This document shows, piece after piece, positions 38,646 through 52,636 of a stretch of DNA of 64,000 nucleotides. Made by a program: the position numbers and the translations under genes. The stretch spans positions 188,382 through 252,381 of the forward strand of contig NMRA01000534.1 in the NCBI GenBank assembly GCA_002633005.1, read 5' to 3'. The notes under the pieces were generated by a model. It worked only from the letters and a program-made list of their open reading frames with translations, made no database searches and was not told the DNA's origin. Source of the DNA: Phoronis australis (taxonomy: Eukaryota > Animalia > Phoronida). The stretch's first letter is position 1, and the number at the start of each line of letters is the position of its first letter.

Positions 38646-39198
38646 NNNNNNNNNNNNNNNNNNNNNNNNNNNNNNNNNNNNNNNNNNNNNNNNNNNNNNN
38701 NNNNNNNNNNNNNNNNNNNNNNNNNNNNNNNNNNNNNNNNNNNNNNNNNNNNNNNNNNNNNNNNNNNNNNNNNNNNNNNNNNNNNNNNNNNNNNNNNNNN
38801 NNNNNNNNNNNNNNNNNNNNNNNNNNNNNNNNNNNNNNNNNNNNNNNNNNNNNNNNNNNNNNNNNNNNNNNNNNNNNNNNNNNNNNNNNNNNNNNNNNNN
38901 NNNNNNNNNNNNNNNNNNNNNNNNNNNNNNNNNNNNNNNNNNNNNNNNNNNNNNNNNNNNNNNNNNNNNNNNNNNNNNNNNNNNNNNNNNNNNNNNNNNN
39001 NNNNNNNNNNNNNNNNNNNNNNNNNNNNNNNNNNNNNNNNNNNNNNNNNNNNNNNNNNNNNNNNNNNNNNNNNNNNNNNNNNNNNNNNNNNNNNNNNNNN
39101 NNNNNNNNNNNNNNNNNNNNNNNNNNNNNNNNNNNNNNNNNNNNNNNNNNNNNNNNNNNNNNNNNNNNNNNNNNNNNNNNNNNNNNNNNNNNNNNNNN
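38646..39198. other. Assembly gap
   Basis: N run. Confidence 1.
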
Positions 39199-42100
39199 CC
39201 CCACCCCCACCCCCAAAACCTTCCCAAGGCTACTCCCATACAAGTTATATACAGGACATGACAATCAGATGGGTGATATTTCACAATGAGTTTCCCTTGA
39301 AAAGGGTACATTTCAATCCCGCATGAATCTCTACAAACAGGTGTCACTCTGAGAGGGTACTGTTTCTTGTACTACTTAAATCTATAGAATGGTTATATTG
39401 ATATTTGTATTTTAAAACTTTGGTAGCTAGACTCCAATTTATGACAACATGGAGATCCTCTGGGCACTTCTTTGGTTAAAAGATGAGTTATTCAAGAATC
39501 ATCACGAAAGGGTGAAACTGACCCTTACAAAATGGTTGTGTTTTTAGAACAAAACTTTACGAAAGGGCTACGTTTTCACTGAGCTCCCAAACAATGGGTC
39601 CTATTTTGGGTCCACTGAATATTCCTCCAGTGCTAGATTATCCCTCAAGCTAAAGTTTAGGGCCCATTCGGGAGGCTTTGGCTATTTTCATAGCCAAAAA
39701 TTTCCCCTCTGAAATGAACGTTACCTGCGTATGCGTGGGCGTCTGTAACTGTACAAGTCTTGTGACTTTCCGTTTTAAGAATAATAGGCCGACTGAAGCT
39801 CGCACTCAGCAGACAGTACTCACCTCTTAGGGGAAACTTGAGGCTAATATCACAAACTGAAGGTCACAACATTGAGAGTGAACAAACTACGGTGCTTTCA
39901 ATTATTGATTATTTTTAACGCTTTGCAAGTAAAAATCCTTTGCCTTCTATCAATACCTTAAAGAAAAGCTCTGATTTAGTACAGTAAGTGACTGTCGAGC
40001 TGCAAAATTCATTGGTAACAATTGCTGTCGCATGAGCAGGATCAGGGTTTGAGTTTTCAGACAACTGAAAACGGTTTCTAATCCTTACAACACACTTTAC
40101 ACGAGTACCTGGCTGTTGTAGGTTCCCCTTTCGGTTAGGGATATCGTTTGACAAAAGCTAAAACTGTTGAATGCAGGTTTACGTTTTTCTATTGTACGAG
40201 ACGTTTTCATTTCATAAAAATGTGTTCAATCGGTGAAAGTGAAAACTGCCAAGTGAAAAATGCAAGTTCAGTAGAAATTCATGTTTATTTGTATAATAAG
40301 GAATCAATAATTACATCCCTTGTGGGTCATTTATTGATAATATTGCAAATTAAATAGCTAGCTCACCAGAGAGATTCGACGTTCGATTTACCTGATGTTT
40401 TTACTTTTTAAGCATGCGTGCGCCAACTTCCTGGTGGAAAACACCCAATGACAGGCACTCACAACTGTCGTTATTGTGCCCTGTACCAAGGGCTTCACAC
40501 AATATCAGTACGCCACAGTGTGAGCCCTGGGAACCAAGTTACATTTCCAAAAACGCAAAAACCTCGCGAAAAAAATGCCAGATCACGCGAGTCTCCTTGA
40601 GATATCGTCATGCATTACAAGCGAAACACCTGATCAAACTAGTTTTTGTCGCGAACGTTTTACGGCATCCCACAAACCAATGTAATGTAACAATACCTGA
40701 CTACCTGAGGTAAATCTTAACCGCCCCGTGTTAAAAAAATTGTGTGACGTCGTGCCGTTTATGGTTCCCGTTGAGTGTTGTTTCAACTCGTGCATGAGAA
40801 CGAGACGTTTTACTTTCTAGTTTCATGAGCTCTTGAAAAAGAATTGCCGTTTAAGTGAAATGTGTAACAAAAGTGATCATTAGCTATTTGATAATTTTTA
40901 GAAAACAGAACTAGTTTTTTGAAAACAACCAGAATAGAGCATCGGAATATTTAAAAGACGTTTCTATATTTATGTACGCGGGAGAGGAGGGGCAGCGAAG
41001 TTCAAACGATAGTTGCTGCATTAGAGTGTAATCCGCAGTTGCAACTTCGTGGCTATTAACTGTCGCTTTTAATACAGCATGAACGTCAAAAGTCAATTAC
41101 ATTGTCGAGTGAATACTTATACAAGTTGGATGGAAAACAGTGTAGTAGGTTGTTTTACATTTGTAGAAACTTACTAGTGTTAAAATTGCACTATTCTGTA
41201 CTGGAATTTGAACATACGTTTCCTGGACTTTTTTGCTTAGAGCCACAGAATTAATCATTGCGAAACTAAATTACTCATGGTGTCCCTTAATTATTTGTAT
41301 TTGTCACTATGTAATGTTGTATTAACTTGACTCAGAAATTATTGGGGTAGATTAACAAATGAGTTAGCAGGTTTTAAGTACGGTCTACTATCTTTCAAGC
41401 ACTGTCGCTGTTTGAATTATTTTTGTCTCGGCGATGTGGTAGAGATAATGTGTTCTTTGTCAACTACCACCGTCAAGATGTTGTAGTAGTTGACAGTGGC
41501 GGGTGTAGATGGGGCCAATGGGGCCATGCCCCCTAAATTTCACTGCAGTGAGATCTAAAATGTCAACATGTTGGAGATTCAGACAATTCCTGCAAATGCA
41601 CGTGTTTTCCTTCACGAGTCTTCAAGCTCTCAGCTACATGCATTAAAAATTCTTGATGATCAGAGAAAATTAATATGGACAAGAAAATAAGAATTTGTAA
41701 TAATGGTTGCCTTTAAATTTCTGATTTTTAAGCAGATCGCCCGCTTTTTTCTAAAGAAATTTTAAGTTGTCTTAATTTGCTGTACTAGATAGAAAATTAA
41801 GGTGTATGGGATTTCCCCAGGACTTGGCTGTGAAAAAGGAAGACAACCGAACTTTCAAGAAATTTCTTCATTTTGTCAGAAAGTCATTGCTCAAAAAATA
41901 GGTAAAAGCAGCTGACTCGCGTTACAACGAGCCTGGTTTATAATGCTCACTCACATATAGCGTTCTATATTTCAGAAGTAGTTCCTTTTTCTAACACACA
42001 ATATGCATATAATCTTCCTACGCTTCATTTTCCACGAACACAGACACAACGTTCACACGGTTACAACGTTCCAGCTTCAAAGTACCGAGGAGTAATTTCA

Positions 42101-42701
42101 CGGCGAACCATCGTAAACGTGTCTTAAAGAGATCATGCGCGGACTCCGGGATGCAGACACGTGATTTGCTGCACAAGGCTGGGTATTTCACTTGCTCAAA
42201 TTTGGTTCTCGAAGCATGCAGTGGACCCCGCTTCATGTCATACCCTCAGTTTCGAGGTAAACTATGACAAAAAACCCGGATATTTCATTAAGCGGGTTTC
42301 GATTTGATCGCAACCAATCGTATAAGCTGGTCATAAGAATAGAGTCTCAGAATAAGACAGCTGTAAACAGGAAACGACACCGGGATCTGATAAGGCAAAT
42401 AAATTTCAGACGAATTACAGTAGGTTAGTTTTTAGACAAAAAAGTGAAGGTGCACAAGCTAATAAGCGGGTGAGACTCAATTTTTACTGATTTTAATAAC
42501 AACAGTATCACAACAAATCATCGCATTAAGCGAGTTATTATGACATTAAGTGGGCTTCACTGAATTAGATTCAATGGTTAAATGTATTTNTTTCATAATC
42601 ATTAGGGTCGTAATCTAAGAGCCGGACGATCGAAGCGCTTACTGTGGCCAAGAACTGATTTAAGTAATCTAAGAGACACCTTAACGTCCAAGGCGTGTAA
42701 C

Positions 42702-42706
42702 TGTTT

Positions 42707-42757
<51 letters not shown>

Positions 42758-42763
42758 GTGTGT
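42702..42763. repeat. (GT)n microsatellite
   Basis: Directly visible. Confidence 0.97.
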
Positions 42764-45399
42764 GGACTCGCTACGGTCTGTGCTCAGTATGGAACATATG
42801 CCGAACATAAATATATTTGCAGCATCGATCTAACCAGTTGAAGGTTATAAAGTGACAAATGACTTATATGCGTTACATCACCACCAGGAGTCCAACCAAA
42901 TATACCAAGCAGTCATTTGAGGTGATACGTTTTGGATTTGTAAAAACAAAAAATGCCCATAAATGCGTTGATTTTTTCAAATGACGACCGGGAGTATTAG
43001 TCGACCAAAATTATTTTTGCATTACTCCAGCGTATCCGTAATTCTATTGCGAAGAGTTTCTATGAAAAGGAGTTGATTCATGCAGTGAAATGTTTGGACA
43101 AAGTTATCATATGACGGGAAGGCCTATTGACAAAGCGTCAGTCCTTGCCTCAGTGTTCAGAGTGTGTCACCAAATGTATAGTTGACCTTTGACATCAGGG
43201 CATATATTTGCCTGAGAGGCTGAAACTATTCTTATTAACTAGTACATGTACAACGTGATGCCTGTTGTAAGCCAGCGAAATATCCCGGAGAGTAAATGTA
43301 GATGTTTCATACAGACCTAGGCTTTCTATATTGACCGGGCTATTTTGGCCCATGTTTAGTGTTTTATGGAGTGCTCTGAGCTCCCTTGATTTTAAGGTGA
43401 TGTAATGTAGTATGAGTCAATTTTTCATAAATGAATATTCAATACGATGAAGCTTGCTGCCAAATCCTCTACTCAAAATAAATTGATGCTCAAATTACGT
43501 ACAAGCTTTTCTAGACAACGAGAGATCCAACGGACTTTTAGTTATTACAACATAAGAACTAGACGAAATCTTACCAGCAAATCAAGAACATTCTAACGGT
43601 CGACATTGTGGCTTGATAAAATTATAGAATTTCAACACCTCTCAAATGCTGAATGAATATCCATCAGCCATTATATTTTATAGTTTTGTGTTCTCGCGCT
43701 AAAGTTAGACAGCACGAAAAGTCAAATTTAAGTCTCAAACTATATATGCCACAAAAATCATGTTCTTACGACATCACTTTGCTTGACATTTGCCCATCCA
43801 CAACAACAACGTCGTGTCCTTATTCTTTGTTTGAATTGAAATTGATTATAATTAATTGCCCAGAATTCCTTCGACGAGAACACTGCCTTGGCGACTGACA
43901 CTTTCCCATCGTCAACGACAAATTAAGTAGGCCTATCTTAAGGGCCCTGCACTAAAGCAACAACGGCGAGTCAGTTCTTCTCAAGCTTGGAAATCATTTC
44001 TAACCATAGCACGGTGTGGGGACCTGCACTACGCGTTTGGACTGGTCATGAGGAGCACGGCGTCGTCATGAGCAATTTCATGTAGGAATACACAACAGTC
44101 AAAGAAAATTGTCTTCAAAATGTAGAAATCGATCCTATATGTAATTAGAAACTGTTTTGCCCAACAGCTCAAGCGTCGTGGTAAAGGCTGAAAGCTTCTC
44201 ACTTAGTGACCAGCAAAGACGGCCCAGTGCGACTCGGTAGCCGTGGTGTTGATAAAAAAAATCAGGAATACCGGTGAAAGTTTGCTGTAAAATGATGCAT
44301 TATGTCGTTGATTTAACACATTTCATGCTGTAAGAAATATTTTATAAAGAGGTGCATGTGCTGCAAAAGTTTCAGCTAAAAGTGTGCTTGATTAACAAAG
44401 ATATTGAAAGTGTAAATTAGGCAGTCACACAAACGACTGTGCGGAGTCGTCATGAGTAGAGTTTTGAAAACTGCAGCACCCGTCAGTGAGCTTATTAAGA
44501 ATTAGTCAAATTTTAACCAGAATAAACCGTTTAACTTTACATTTACCAATAGTTCTCGATGAGTATAGTCGGATAGATGACTTGAGAAAGATTGGATGCA
44601 TTTGCAAATTGTGTATTAAAGTGAGAACACAGGTAAGAAGTGTTAGGTCAATGTCATTAACCATTTTGGACATTAATGTTTGGTAAAAGCATTTTACAAA
44701 TTTTCCAATCAACCAACTTCAAGTGCTCTTACTTCTGTGTTGGCACAGATCACTTTGCTGAAGTAATTGGCCACGGCATCGCAGATCACGGCGATCAAGT
44801 GCTAAGGATTAGGTATCTAACTTTGCATGAACACAGCAGCTTGGAATGTTTCAGAGTAACAAATGCATTCCCAAACACTCGACAACACCGTAACAATGAG
44901 GTACTCGAACGACATTGTGAAATTTTGAGGAATCGGAAAGTTTACACACTTTTCCACGGAAAAATTGTGAGATTCATGTGAGCGCTCCATCATATCGGAA
45001 TGAAATCTGGCGGTGACCCATTAGAATCGAAAATAAACGTTGTCGTGCCAAACGTTAAGCCACTACCTATGTCAAAAGTGGATAAGTATAACTCCTGGAA
45101 TTATTCATGAACTTGTTGATATTGCACCCAAAGCTAGTGCGTGTCAGATGAGCTTTGACGGCTAGAAGATAAATGTCGGGAAAACTAAAATTGGTGGAGA
45201 CATTGACCTGTTCGGCTACGGAGATGAACCAAATTTGAAAGACGGACAACAAAGACTTAAACAGGAACATGACGAAGTAGAGGAACTGGGAAATTTGCAG
45301 GTCCGTAACCAGCATTGTCCGGGGTGGTTCGACTTTCTAAAAAGGTGGTCCTTTGATATTTGTAAACGTCGACACTAGAGTTTTCATGGGGACGGGAAA

Positions 45400-45660
45400 T
45401 TTGTATGCACGGAAACGATGGCTCTCAGTTCTATGTTCCGGAGATAAGACGGAATTGGTGATACCAGAAACTAGGATGCATGGCGGTTGCTCACAAAGAA
45501 CGGCACTTAAATTCGAATGTAATGTGGTCTTTTAATAGAACGTTCTCGCGTTACCTCCTGTCAAACATTCAAACCAGGCTATTTAAATTAAATGAGTGGT
45601 TACACCTCATTACATACTCGGACGGAAATATTTAGTTGGATAATAACTTGACGTAAGTTT
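45400..45660 (+). repeat. Unclassified interspersed repeat, copy 1
   Basis: CTCTCAGTTCTATGTTCC..GCTCACAAAGAACGG..TTACCTCCTGTCAAA..CATACTCGGACGGAAATA is inverted at 50650-50890. Confidence 0.8.
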
Positions 45661-45710
45661 TCATGTGGTTGCATTTTTTCGTGTTACTTATTGCTTATAT
45701 CGATGGAAAT

Positions 45711-46586
45711 GGGAACAGCCCACTATTCCCAAGGTTCACTATTCCGAAGGTTCACTGCTTCGAAGGTTCACTTCTCCGAAAGTTCACTACTCTGAAAATA
45801 TCTAAACTTTCTAACCCAGGTGGAATTGTTATAGTTTTACATGAAAAAATAAACGACACTTCGGTTATTAGATGCAACTATACCGAAAACAACCCCCGGG
45901 TACTAAATCATGTTGTTTGGGTTCCATACGCATGCGAAATTGCCCGCATGTCTTTCGAATACGTATAAGTGAGTACGTACTTGCACTTCTAAAAGAATAT
46001 GAAGTAGGTCTATTAATGAATTATCAACCACGATGCATTCATCAAATCCGTGTCAACTAAGATCGCATCATCTCACAGTTCGACTGGAAAGGTTAGGGCC
46101 GCTGCACCTCATTCTCACCCACCGGAACTACTCCCACGGCCGGGTCGAAACTAAATGTAGTCACTGCCAGTCTTCACGAAAGTCTCATCCAGTATTCTTA
46201 AATTTAAAACCGCAGTTGGTCGCCGCAGCCCGGACCCTTGCCTCAGACGTTGTCTCTAATTGAGAATGAGTCTTTAGTAAGCTTCAAGAATCACGATTGG
46301 CAGAGATTGCAAGTGAGTTCGATGGTAAACAGTGTAATTCATGTTTTAGGAACTATTCAACTCTTGCACACTCTTTAAATGGTTACTAAATGGACACAAA
46401 TATGATACGTTATTCATGTCAGTTCCGACTCATTAGTAGACAATCGGAGTAATGAACTGTTCTGGTTTCGGAATTGTGGACATTCGAAGTAGTGAACTTT
46501 TGAAGTTGGCGAACCTTCGGAGTAGTGAACCTTGGGAATAGTGAACCTTCGGAGTAGTGAACCTTCGGATGGTTTCCGGCGCACCC
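45711..46586 (+). mobile_element. MULE-like MITE with 18-bp subterminal repeats, copy 1
   Basis: Arrays of CCGAAGGTTCACTA at the left end and TAGTGAACCTTCGG at the right; interior is an inverted homolog of 47617-48221. Confidence 0.7.
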
Positions 46587-46649
46587 GAAGACCTGGGGTT
46601 GTTTGCAAACTAGTACTTCGTTCGCATATTTACAATTTAATGACACATA

Positions 46650-46872
46650 GCATCATTAACTTGCTTAATAGTACTAGTAGCTGCAGCAATTTTGTTGGTG
46701 TTGTTGTCCATCTATACCCTATCTTATCCTATCGGATAGGTTAGGGCTGAACCTTTTCCGCGGAGAAGGTCCAGCCCCAGCACATCCGTTAAAGATATGA
46801 TATAGACAGACAACAACAAGATTGTTGCAGCAACTAGTACTACTAACTACAGTGATAACTAGGTTAGTGATA
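46650..46872. repeat. ~220-bp imperfect palindrome (foldback MITE-like)
   Basis: Centred on CCGCGG 46758-46763; arms GTACTAGTAGCTGCAGCAAT..GGGCTGAACCTT / AAGGTCCAGCCC..ATTGTTGCAGCAACTAGTAC. Confidence 0.8.
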
Positions 46873-47616
46873 ATTTTGAGTTCGCTTCCTGATTCAAAAC
46901 GCTTCACGTACGTGGCACCGGGCCGTACCCGGCCAACTTCGCCCGAGTTGTGTTTGCGTAGATGACAGAATCGTGCAGACAATAAGAGAAGACTTTATGT
47001 TCTTCATCAGTATTGAACGCGGGTGGTGGCTACAACAAAGGGTAACAAGGGGGTATAGAAGTGAATTTTTATACCTAGGCAAAGAACTCTAGTCCTATGA
47101 CCTAGGTAAACTATTTAGCAACGAGAGAGCTCCCAAAAAGTAGTGCGGTGTGAATGCCTTAAAATCGGCTAAGAAACAAAATAGCCGAAAATTTATATTT
47201 TTTTATTCTGGTATTTCAGTATAATTGCTAGCATAGTACGGTAAAATGCAGGCATTTTCAATTTTCGAATTGAAAGTGATCGTCAAATACGTAAATATGT
47301 AGTTCATCCACTGTCCACTTTTATTGTGATGGATTAACCTGCATGAAAGTACACGTGTATGCGTTACCGTCCTTTTAAATTCAGTACACCCTGACAGTAA
47401 GTTTACTATAGGCAGGCGTCCTAAAAAACAGACATTTAACTACCGTTTTCTTGGACTTCAAAAAACCCTGACGAGCATGTTCACTTTATTTGGGAAAAGT
47501 AGGCCTAGACCTCAAATTTGGTCAATGAAGAAAGTCTTCTCTTGTCAATCAGTGTCAATGGTGCACAGCCCTGCAGACTTCATACGAGCAACAAACTTGA
47601 TGCAAAGGATTTCCAA

Positions 47617-48221
47617 GGTTACATGTCACTATGCCGAAGGTCACTCCGGAAGGTCCGCTACTCCGACATGGCGGTGCGCCACGGGGCTGGAAGAGGGGCT
47701 ATAGCCCCCACTTTTTTCAGTGCTGCGCAGCCCATGTTTGAAGGTAGGTTCACTACTCCGAAGGTTGAAGACTGGCAGGGACAGGGTGGGCTACTGACTA
47801 CATATTGTTTCGACCCTGCCGAGCGCGTAGTCCCTTGGGTGAGGTTGAGGAGCAACGGCCCTTAATTTTTCAGTCGTGTTGAGATGCAATCATGGCATAG
47901 ATTTGAGGAATGTATGGTGGTTGATAATTCATCAATATTCCTACTTCATATTCTTTTAAAAATGCAAGTATGTAGTCATTTTTTCAGTTTTCTTAAGATA
48001 TGCGGACAATTTCGCATGCGCATGAAAGCCAATCAAAGTGTTTTTACACCCGGGTGTGCATCTAATAACCGAAGTATCGTTTATTTTTGCATGTAAAAGT
48101 ACAAAAATTACACCTGAGTCCGAAATTCTAGAAAGTTATGGAGCAGTGAACCTTCACAGTAGTGAACCGTCGAAGTAGCGAACCTTCGGAGTAGTGAACC
48201 TTCAAAATAGTGGGGTGTTCC
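47617..48221 (-). mobile_element. MULE-like MITE with 18-bp subterminal repeats, copy 2
   Basis: GG..CC termini, the same subterminal repeats, 9-bp flanks GATTTCCAA/TGTTTCCAG (possible decayed TSD). Confidence 0.7.
47667..47736. mobile_element. CATG-ended mini-element nested in the MITE arm
   Basis: Inverted homolog of 25088-25160; interrupts the 18-bp repeat array. Confidence 0.7.
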
Positions 48222-48610
48222 TGTTTCCAGCGATGTAAGCAACTTAAGTAACACGCAAACATACATCCAGATAAACCATAGAGAATCCTACATGAGTCTC
48301 AGGTCTATGGCATGGGTAAAACCTCTTGGAAATTTTGTCAAAATCCCGAGGCTTGCCGAGGGATTTTGACAAAATTCCCAAGAGGTTCTGCACACGCCAT
48401 GAACCTGAAACGGCGTGTCACCTTCACGGAATTCCGGCGCTGTTTGGTTGGCACGCGTTTGGTTTTGGTATTAGTGGTTTCCAGACTATAAAATGTAAGG
48501 CGTATGCATTTCTCCTTTGCACCACAGGCGGATTTAGGGGGAAACAGCCCCCCCCCCTTGGCTGCCGCAAAAAAGTAAAACAGCAAGAGCGTAGGGAAAT
48601 GTTGAGATTA

Positions 48611-49052
48611 NNNNNNNNNNNNNNNNNNNNNNNNNNNNNNNNNNNNNNNNNNNNNNNNNNNNNNNNNNNNNNNNNNNNNNNNNNNNNNNNNNNNNNNNNN
48701 NNNNNNNNNNNNNNNNNNNNNNNNNNNNNNNNNNNNNNNNNNNNNNNNNNNNNNNNNNNNNNNNNNNNNNNNNNNNNNNNNNNNNNNNNNNNNNNNNNNN
48801 NNNNNNNNNNNNNNNNNNNNNNNNNNNNNNNNNNNNNNNNNNNNNNNNNNNNNNNNNNNNNNNNNNNNNNNNNNNNNNNNNNNNNNNNNNNNNNNNNNNN
48901 NNNNNNNNNNNNNNNNNNNNNNNNNNNNNNNNNNNNNNNNNNNNNNNNNNNNNNNNNNNNNNNNNNNNNNNNNNNNNNNNNNNNNNNNNNNNNNNNNNNN
49001 NNNNNNNNNNNNNNNNNNNNNNNNNNNNNNNNNNNNNNNNNNNNNNNNNNNN
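48611..49052. other. Assembly gap
   Basis: N run. Confidence 1.
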
Positions 49053-49540
49053 NCAGATCCAACTTCAAGTGTCAAGTTCGGAACACGGCTCAATCGTAAC
49101 GGAACTATGGCTATGTATAGGCTCTCCCGCGATATCCCAGGCGACCGGCAGTGGCGCTGCGCACGACGACTCCGTTTCCGTCGTCTGCTTCACTGTGCAA
49201 TGAAGAAAATTACTTCATTTTTTCAAGAAAATGGAATCTGAGAGACAATGGAAAAACAGAAGCTGCTGGTAAGATGTGAATTTTAATCGAAGCCTTAGCG
49301 AATCACTCAGAAACTCACAATTCTCTCTCTTTGTCTTGAGACGATTTCCAAAGCAATCGCGTCATTAATGCCAACACAAAATAACGGATTTGGTCTTTTG
49401 GGCAATACAACAAATTTGTTAAGAACTGATTGCACAAAATATGAAAAGTGTAATAAACATTACAAAACGAAGTAGGTTTCGCGCGCAAACGCTGTGGACC
49501 ATAAACAAGTAGGTCTTTTAGTATCAAATTAGGAGTGAAA

Positions 49541-49605
49541 TTCGTGGTGATGTAGTGGTAAAGCACGCGAGCTCTAAACGCCAGCTCGTGAGTTCGAGTC
49601 TGTAA
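49541..49605 (+). promoter_or_regulatory. tRNA-derived A/B-box segment (SINE-head-like)
   Basis: A box TGATGTAGTGG at 49548 and B box AGTTCGAGTC at 49591 with tRNA-like spacing; no acceptor stem. Confidence 0.45.
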
Positions 49606-49929
49606 TAATTGCAGTTTTTCAAGTTTGACACGTTCTCCTTGTATTTTATTTCTTTGGCTTATTTTCTTGGATAATACTTCAGGAATCTAGGAAAATACTT
49701 GATTTTTAGAGGAAAAACAGAAAATTTTTCCTGGGCTGGAGGGAGCAAACCCACCTCCCGACCTCCCCCCATTCGGTGCTATGCGCATCTACAATCGTGC
49801 TTTGCGCAAATGTTTACAGACAAAATGTTGGCCCCCCTTGTGATATTCTAGATTCGCCACTGTGCACTACTTTGTGATCCGCCTATGTAATATCAAAAAA
49901 TTACTTACAGTCATATAGATTATTACAAA

Positions 49930-50632
49930 ATATAGATTGTTACATGGCGAAGTCTTTATCGCCGTAATCTAGAGCCCCTCGAGCAACAATTCTACAAAAT
50001 CCATGAGGGCTCTAGATAAAAAGGATAACGACTGTGAACATGTAATAATCTATTTATACCACATACTGAACGAGAAATATTTTAATGAATCGATCTACCT
50101 TTCTCGACTATCCTCGGCTTTGTAACTACTTTCTATGTCAGAGGCCCGCGGTTGGAGGTCGAGACTTTTTAAGAAAAGCCGAGCTATTTTTGTCAAATAA
50201 TGCTTTTATTCAAAACCAATTGAAAATTTAAACAAAATAGAAAGAAAATGAACCTATAAATTAAGGTTTAGCAACTATTATAGCTTACTACACATTTTAT
50301 CACGCTAAGCTTTAGTCGGCCGGGAAATACTGGATCGTCTGCTAAAGTAGGTTACCACTGGTATCTGAGTATAATGCTCAAGTCAAAGGATCCCGACGAC
50401 ACGATACCCGCATTCAAATTGGAGATCGATGACTTACAAGTGACAGAAAATGAGAGATGAATTAATTTCACTGAATTAAAATATCGTTTTTATGGAAATT
50501 ATGCGTCTTATTTTTCGAATAAATTCGAGTGCAATGCACTTTGGTGAACATGCGACTGTTGCACGTGCTCATTTAAGTATCCTATTTTCACGTTCGATGG
50601 CGTCAGCCGCTGAGTGGTGCAGTGGAAAAGTC
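49930..50632 (-). mobile_element. Second, truncated copy of the hairpin-ended Crypton-like element
   Basis: Colinear reverse complement of ~22753-23455 including the hairpin; breaks off just after the A box. Confidence 0.8.
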
Positions 50633-50649
50633 CAGGTCATGTGAGAAAT

Positions 50650-50890
50650 TTCGTCAAGTCATTCTCCGACTCAACTTCATTATTTCCGTCCGAGTATGTG
50701 ATGAGATGAAGTCACTCATTTAAGAATGCCTGATTTGAAATTTTGACAGGAGGTAATGTTCTCAACCACATTATAACCGAATTTGAGTCCCGTTCTTTGT
50801 GAGCAATTAAACACTCACAGCATCCTCATTTCTGGAATTACAAATTCTGTCTCATCTCAGGAACATAGAGCTGAGAGACATAGTTGTGTA
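50650..50890 (-). repeat. Unclassified interspersed repeat, copy 2
   Basis: Inverted homolog of 45400-45660. Confidence 0.8.
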
Positions 50891-52082
50891 NCCCCCCCCC
50901 CTCCGCTCAATGCTGGCTAGTGGCCTGCTGTCTACACGCAATGGAGTATGGTGTATTAACGTTGTTATGGGCTTTTCGTAACAACTTCTTCCTATCTTCC
51001 GACGTAATGATGCATGTCGACCTTTCCATGTTCACTATCGCTTGTGAACCTGAATAACGGGATTTCACACTTCGTAGCGTGCTGCTCGCTATTGAGCAAT
51101 TAATCAAGCCACCGGACATTTTCATAGTACCATAAATATTACATATATACCATTATTATAATCTCCTAAATAAGAAATCACCGTCAATGTTTTCTGTTTA
51201 AAAACTGTTTTCGGTCATCAATTCAGTGATAATAAAATACTAGTATGGTTTAATACCTACTTACTTTTCACTAACCCTGTATCTATACTGTCCATTCGGC
51301 GGCAACATTATCAATATTCTACGAAATAAATTAAGGCTACTCGGCTAGACAATTAATTAGATAAACTAATGATAATCTAACATGATGATTTCGAAGTATG
51401 TAGGCAGATTTTGGCGCAACTTGCGGACGTGCCGCATCATTGCTAGCCAAAAGCGACTAAGCCACGAGATGACTACATAGAATTGGTAACTGATCATGAT
51501 GATAAAACACGGCTGAACTTTCTCAATGGTTATGCATTTAAAATGATAGTATTACAAATGAGATTATAGATTTTTAAGGACAATTTTTTGACACGGCACA
51601 TTTTATATCAGGAAATACGAACAGGGTTCTAATTTAAGAAACGCTTCTTTACTGAGTGACGAGGTTTTTAGTTTTTGTTCTAATCTGGTGAAAAAAGATG
51701 CTGTGTGTGTGTGTGTGTGTTATTATGCATGGGTGACTGGATTTTTTATTTTTTTGATCTGTTCGTGGGAGAGGAACCACAATTCGTGAACAGTCTCAGG
51801 TCCCGAGGTCCATCCGGTGTTCGCTACATCGGTATCGTGACATAACGTTGATATATCATGTCTGCGTGAAGGTAAAATTATTGAGTGTACAGAATTTGGG
51901 CCGAGTCAAAACAATTGACATTTTAATCATACCACACCATAATGCAGGTCATAAACAGGTAAAATTTATTAAAGAGGGGACAGACACCTCCTGTCTCCGA
52001 TCCTTGCCCAATGATTTTCTTTGAATTAGTGATTAGAAAGAAATTCCAGCTGATGCAATGGTTAGATCTGAAATTGTCAATT

Positions 52083-52158
52083 CATGTGCGGCGCACTATA
52101 GGGAGCTGGGGGAGGGGGGCTGTAGCCCCACACTTATTTCAGTGCTGCGCCGCCCATG
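52083..52158. mobile_element. CATG-ended mini-element (hAT5-like)
   Basis: TIR CATGTGCGGCGCA/TGCGCCGCCCATG; 5-bp flanks CAATT/TAATT. Confidence 0.7.
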
Positions 52159-52636
52159 TAATTAAATACCAAATAAAGTCTATATGTCGAAACTTCAGGT
52201 GCAAATTTTGATAACCAATAACTTCTGGGAAAACTAAGTATGATGTTGAAATTACAGAACCCGAAATTAATTTGAGTGTAAGTTGTCTTGCGCAGTTACA
52301 GTATATTTTGATATTGAGGAATAAATCTATCAGTCGAGCGATCGGCTTCTATATTGTATGTTGAAGGCTGGCAGACCGTGGTGGATGGTTAGCCGAAGGT
52401 GTTGAGAACCTCGAGAGAGTGGAGCAAATGGGCTTCTTTTATTGCTAAAATCCTGATCCACAGCAATGACCAAAATACTGTCAAACTTGAAAGCCACAGT
52501 GCAGTAACCTAAGAACCATGATTTTAGACAATATTGCAAACGTTTCAACAAAGACGGACTCTGAAAACTAGCTCAGGTGTATCTTGTTTACACGATTAGT
52601 GACAAACCCAGAACGAACTTTTATACCGTCGAATAC

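Noticed and set aside
38497-39347. Long ORFs spanning N runs (also 26392-26988 and 48326-49099)
   Set aside because: Artefacts of assembly gaps.
43770-43900. Minus-strand VVVVDGQMSS as an RT fragment
   Set aside because: A single short motif with too little flanking support.
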